Shown in pieces: positions 36,781-41,853 of a stretch of 41,853 nucleotides of DNA; position 1 is the stretch's first letter, and each line of letters opens with the position of its first letter. The notes under the pieces are model-generated. The model did not search any database, was not told the origin of the DNA, and saw only the letters and a program-made list of their open reading frames with translations. The position numbers were made by a program, and so were the translations under genes. Source of the DNA: Octopus bimaculoides (lineage: Eukaryota); NCBI RefSeq assembly GCF_001194135.2, contig NC_068984.1:29177989-29219841 (forward strand), given 5' to 3'.

Positions 36781-36866
36781 AGGCAAATGAAATATTCCCA
36801 TCAAAGAATCAAATTCCACAAATACTGTGTGTGTGTGCATATGCATACGCGCACGCACACACACAC

Positions 36867-36900
<34 letters not shown>

Positions 36901-39513
36901 TATAGCTCCTTCGCCCCACACAAACAATCCATTCTACGATTTGGGAGGTTTCTAACCAAAAATAAGGGTTAATAATTGGTTTCAGATTTCGGAACAAAGC
37001 CAATTCTATAGGGCGGGGATAAGTCGCCCATTNNNNNNNNNNNNNNNNNNNNNNNNNNNNNNNNNNNNNNNNNNNNNNNNNNNNNNNNNNNNNNNNNNNN
37101 NNNNNNNNNNNNNNNNNNNNNNNNNNNNNNNNNNNNNNNNNNNNNNNNNNNNNNNNNNNNNNNNNNNNNNNNNNNNNNNNNNNNNNNNNNNNNNNNNNNN
37201 NNNNNNNNNNNNNNNNNNNNNNNNNNNNNNNNNNNNNNNNNNNNNNNNNNNNNNNNNNNNNNNNNNNNNNNNNNNNNNNNNNNNNNNNNNNNNNNNNNNN
37301 NNNNNNNNNNNNNNNNNNNNNNNNNNNNNNNNNNNNNNNNNNNNNNNNNNNNNNNNNNNNNNNNNNNNNNNNNNNNNNNNNNNNNNNNNNNNNNNNNNNN
37401 NNNNNNNNNNNNNNNNNNNNNNNNNNNNNNNNNNNNNNNNNNNNNNNNNNNNNNNNNNNNNNNNNNNNNNNNNNNNNNNNNNNNNNNNNNNNNNNNNNNN
37501 NNNNNNNNNNNNNNNNNNNNNNNNNNNNNNNNNNNNNNNNNNNNNNNNNNNNNNNNNNNNNNNNNNNNNNNNNNNNNNNNNNNNNNNNNNNNNNNNNNNN
37601 NNNNNNNNNNNNNNNNNNNNNNNNNNNNNNNNNNNNNNNNNNNNNNNNNNNNNNNNNNNNNNNNNNNNNNNNNNNNNNNNNNNNNNNNNNNNNNNNNNNN
37701 NNNNNNNNNNNNNNNNNNNNNNNNNNNNNNNNNNNNNNNNNNNNNNNNNNNNNNNNNNNNNNNNNNNNNNNNNNNNNNNNNNNNNNNNNNNNNNNNNNNN
37801 NNNNNNNNNNNNNNNNNNNNNNNNNNNNNNNNNNNNNNNNNNNNNNNNNNNNNNNNNNNNNNNNNNNNNNNNNNNNNNNNNNNNNNNNNNNNNNNNNNNN
37901 NNNNACACACACACACACACACACACAAACATTCACAAACCTCTCTTTTACATACACACACATATTCATGCAGAGTTGAAACGCTGTCTGCTTTTTTTTC
38001 ACCGTAGAACTCCCATAATCCCACTTTGCCATCACCCCTTCCTTCCTTATTCATCTATCACCCCTTCCTTTCTTATTCATATGTTGTCACGGAGAAAAAC
38101 ACAAGAGTATTAACAGAGTATAAGATTGCGAGCCTGCTCGCAGATAATCATGCTAAAACTTTGCAGTACAATTACGGGATTAACAACTGATTGTTTAGCG
38201 TATAATTATTTCATGGAAGTAATGCGTTGTACAGACAGACAGACAGGAAAAGACAGATTAACAGATAGATAGATAGATAGATAGATACTCTCTAAATTGA
38301 TAAGAGAAAACTCCTGATGAGTATTCGAGACCGAAACAAGTTGAAACAAGCCTGTTTTCTGGTTGAAGAGAAATTTGAATTCGAAAATATTTATTTGCAC
38401 TCGATCGCACATAATGTGTGAGTGAGTGAGTGAGTGAGTGAGAGAGAGAGAGATAGAGATAGAGAGAGAGAGAAAGAGAGAGAAAGAGAGAAAGAGTGCT
38501 ATTATTTATTTGCGGATTCTATCTTACAAAAAAAGAGCGAGCGTCAATCGCGATTGATGACGGTTTGGCATTCATGTATGCTTTCGCTACATAGCTGCCT
38601 ACGAGCACTCTCCTTTGACCCGTGCGTAAGATGGGGGTGGTGACGAGTGTGTGTATGTGAGTGTGTGTGAGAGAGAGAGAGAGAGAGNNNNNNNNNNNNN
38701 NNNNNNNNNNNNNNNNNNNNNNNNNNNNNNNNNNNNNNNNNNNNNNNNNNNNNNNNNNNNNNNNNNNNNNNNNNNNNNNNNNNNNNNNNNNNNNNNNNNN
38801 NNNNNNNNNNNNNNNNNNNNNNNNNNNNNNNNNNNNNNNNNNNNNNNNNNNNNNNNNNNNNNNNNNNNNNNNNNNNNNNNNNNNNNNNNNNNNNNNNNNN
38901 NNNNNNNNNNNNNNNNNNNNNNNNNNNNNNNNNNNNNNNNNNNNNNNNNNNNNNNNNNNNNNNNNNNNNNNNNNNNNNNNNNNNNNNNNNNNNNNNNNNN
39001 NNNNNNNNNNNNNNNNNNNNNNNNNNNNNNNNNNNNNNNNNNNNNNNNNNNNNNNNNNNNNNNNNNNNNNNNNNNNNNNNNNNNNNNNNNNNNNNNNNNN
39101 NNNNNNNNNNNNNNNNNNNNNNNNNNNNNNNNNNNNNNNNNNNNNNNNNNNNNNNNNNNNNNNNNNNNNNNNNNNNNNNNNNNNNNNNNNNNNNNNNNNN
39201 NNNNNNNNNNNNNNNNNNNNNNNNNNNNNNNNNNNNNNNNNNNNNNNNNNNNNNNNNNNNNNNNNNNNNNNNNNNNNNNNNNNNNNNNNNNNNNNNNNNN
39301 NNNNNNNNNNNNNNNNNNNNNNNNNNNNNNNNNNNNNNNNNNNNNNNNNNNNNNNNNNNNNNNNNNNNNNNNNNNNNNNNNNNNNNNNNNNNNNNNNNNN
39401 NNNNNNNNNNNNNNNNNNNNNNNNNNNNNNNNNNNNNNNNNNNNNNNNNNNNNNNNNNNNNNNNNNNNNNNNNNNNNNNNNNNNNNNNNNNNNNNNNNNN
39501 NNNNNNNNNNNNT

Positions 39514-39544
<31 letters not shown>

Positions 39545-40699
39545 TTGTTTTCAGCATTTGCATATGTATAAACACGTTTCCTCGGTCATTCCATTAGAAT
39601 ACACGATTTTGTGCAGTTTATGTGTGTGTATATATATTATTAGTAGATGTATGTGAATATGTATGATAAAATGCTGTTTTTTGGTTGTTGTTGTTGTGTA
39701 GGCGTTGGTGCATAATACTATGCAATTATATTACACCCTCGTATGGGTTTATAAATAAATATCACTTTGTTAATAATGATCACGCTTGTGATTATGAACG
39801 TATACCTATTTACGTATTGGCAAGAATATCTTGGCTTATATGTGCATGACTGAATTATGATAGTGTCTATGCTTAAGCGTGTATATACGTGAATATGTTT
39901 TATATGTGATTATAGAACTATATATTCGTGTATGTTGTTATATGCACGAGCATACGCACAATTCTTTGATATGAGCGCAATTTTGTTATCACAACGTTGT
40001 ATGTGTGTATATCGTATCCGCGTATCTGTGTGTGCACATGTTTCTGGTCACGAGTATGCGTGTGTTACGAATGTGTGTGTGTGTGTGTGTGTGTGTGTTC
40101 AAGAATGTCATAACAAATAATAAAAAGTGTTGAAATAAACCTAAAATATACCGNNNNNNNNNNNNNNNNNNNNNNNNNNNNNNNNNNNNNNNNNNNNNNN
40201 NNNNNNNNNNNNNNNNNNNNNNNNNNNNNNNNNNNNNNNNNNNNNNNNNNNNNNNNNNNNNNNNNNNNNNNNNNNNNNNNNNNNNNNNNNNNNNNNNNNN
40301 NNNNNNNNNNNNNNNNNNNNNNNNNNNNNNNNNNNNNNNNNNNNNNNNNNNNNNNNNNNNNNNNNNNNNNNNNNNNNNNNNNNNNNNNNNNNNNNNNNNN
40401 NNNNNNNNNNNNNNNNNNNNNNNNNNNNNNNNNNNNNNNNNNNNNNNNNNNNNNNNNNNNNNNNNNNNNNNNNNNNNNNNNNNNNNNNNNNNNNNNNNNN
40501 NNNNNNNNNNNNNNNNNNNNNNNNNNNNNNNNNNNNNNNNNNNNNNNNNNNNNNNNNNNNNNNNNNNNNNNNNNNNNNNNNNNNNNNNNCCTGCCAGCTT
40601 TTTTATGTACATCTCAGAAGTGCATCATGCAACTTATCCCTCTTCATTTAAGCTGGTGAAATATGTTTCGAGAGAGATTCGGCTGCTATTTCTAGTAGA

Positions 40700-40817
40700 C
40701 TTAGTGTCCCTGTTGTTTGTTGTTAACACGTTTCGGCTGATATACCCTCCAGTCATCTTCAGGTGTCTTGGGGAAATTTCGAACCAGGGTTCTCATTCCT
40801 AAGGTATTTTTCGATGC

Positions 40818-40855
<38 letters not shown>

Positions 40856-40915
40856 TCACTGCCTGCAATCGAACTCGGAATCTTGGGCTTAGTAGCCCTC
40901 GCTCTTAACAATTAC
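40700..40915 (-). mobile_element. tRNA-headed retroelement with (AAT)n linker and a hammerhead-ribozyme-like core
   Basis: Minus strand: ...GTTAAGAGCGAGGGCTACTAAGCCCAAGATTCCGAGTTCGATTGCAGGCAGTGACCTGA, then (ATA)n, about 50 nt, then GACAC CTGAAGA T GACTG GAGGGTATAT CAGCC GAAAC GTGTT. Confidence 0.7.
40725..40767 (-). ncRNA. Minimal type-I hammerhead-like ribozyme core, probably inactive in this copy
   Basis: CUGANGA and GAAA core, stem II of 4/5 bp and stem I arms GACAC/GTGTT. There is no room for the NUH cleavage triplet in this copy. Confidence 0.5.
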
Positions 40916-40920
40916 CCACG

Positions 40921-41030
40921 GTCATATGACGTAGTGGTTAAGAGCGCTGACTACTAACTCCAAGATTCCAGGCATTGACTTGAATAATGATAATGATAAT
41001 AATAATAATAATGATAATAATAATTATGAT
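40921..41030 (+). mobile_element. Second, inverted copy of the tRNA-like head plus (AAT)n, B box deleted
   Basis: TGACGTAGTGGTTAAGAGCGCTGACTACTAACTCCAAGATTCC-AGGCATTGACTTGA(ATA)n. The segment between the two GATTC(C/G) repeats is missing. Confidence 0.75.
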
Positions 41031-41039
41031 AATAAAAAA

Positions 41040-41167
41040 ATTTATGCTGGGCGGCACTTTTTCTCCTGTTGTAGGCTATTGCTGTAGGTAATATGTATTA
41101 TTTGTGGGATCCTGGGACGGCAAACGGAAGGGCCGCCCGGGGCGGCACACACTCTAGCTACGCTAAT
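41040..41167. mobile_element. End of an hAT-type MITE
   Basis: GGGCCGCCCGGGGCGGCACACACTCTAGCTACGCTAATG resembles the reverse complement of a CAGTGGCGTAGCTAG TIR. Confidence 0.45.
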
Positions 41168-41470
41168 GCCTTGAGCAAGTGCATTCTATAGCCTCGGTCC
41201 GACTAATGCAGTGTGAATGGTATTGGTAGACGAAAACTGAAAGAAGTCCGTCGTACATCTGTCGTATACATATATATATATATGTATGTCTATGTATGTG
41301 TGTCTTTGTGTTTGCGTTTACCCCCCTCATCACCACTTGATAACCGATGTTTATGCGTTTACATCCCCGTAACTTAGCAGTTCGGCCAAAAAGACCGACT
41401 TAGAATAAATATCAGGGTTGATTCATTCGACTAAAAATTCAGCATGACTGCAGTCTAATGCCTTAGTCAT
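41168..41470 (+). mobile_element. SINE family B, 5'-truncated within the CORE-like segment
   Basis: CCTTGAGCAAGTG...TTGGTAGACGAAAACTGAAAGAAG...GCATGACTGCAGTCTAATG. Confidence 0.8.
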
Positions 41471-41853
41471 GCAAAAAGTTAAAGACATATATTTTTTAAA
41501 ATTCATAAAAGAAGCCGCCAGAGACGTTAAAGATATACAGAGTGGCCTAAAAATAGGTTTACACTCATCACGTAGGCATTTTAAATTTATTCTCAAACAT
41601 CTTATAACATTCAAATTTCTATCATACAAACTGAAAATGGAGCTTGACAAAATTAACTAAATTAGCATAGAATAATGGTTTCATATTTTTTATAATTAAG
41701 ATCTAAGCTGTTAATATACGAATGCGAAAGAGGTAGTTGAATAACTGTAAACCTACTTTTGGGTCACCCTATATATATATAGTTTTATATCGTGAAAGAT
41801 ATATATATACATATTGTATCATTAAAGATATATATATATATATATATATATAT

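Noticed and set aside
38314-38345. CTGATGAG-N10-CGAAAC hammerhead-like core
   Set aside because: Stem II does not pair beyond one base pair and no NUH plus stem I can be formed. At most it is a very decayed relic.
6803-40612. Long ORFs in the track (for example 9699-10595, 10659-11732, 36809-38035, 38544-39575)
   Set aside because: They are open only because they run through N gaps or dinucleotide repeats.

Overview
AT-rich eukaryotic DNA dense in microsatellites, with ten N-gaps (about 5 kb). The repeat families look like those of an octopus or other coleoid cephalopod genome (inference from recognition, not a search). No host protein-coding gene can be called with confidence: the supplied ORFs are N-runs, microsatellite translations or pieces of dead retrotransposons. 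The window is intronic or intergenic and dominated by (i) many tRNA-derived SINE copies built from interchangeable head, body and tail modules, several full-length with target-site duplications (TSDs); (ii) three decayed R4/Dong-type non-LTR retrotransposon 3' fragments (CCHC knuckle and/or restriction-like endonuclease, RLE) ending in (AAT)n tracts; (iii) hAT-type MITEs, one intact with an 8-bp TSD; and (iv) Penelope-type hammerhead-ribozyme-like motifs. The most interesting feature is at 40700-41030, a Pol III tRNA-headed element carrying a minimal hammerhead core, arranged head-to-head with a second copy. A few possible minus-strand exons are noted, but at near chance-level support. Family labels A, B, C, E, X and Y are my own working names. 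Coordinates of degenerate repeats are approximate.
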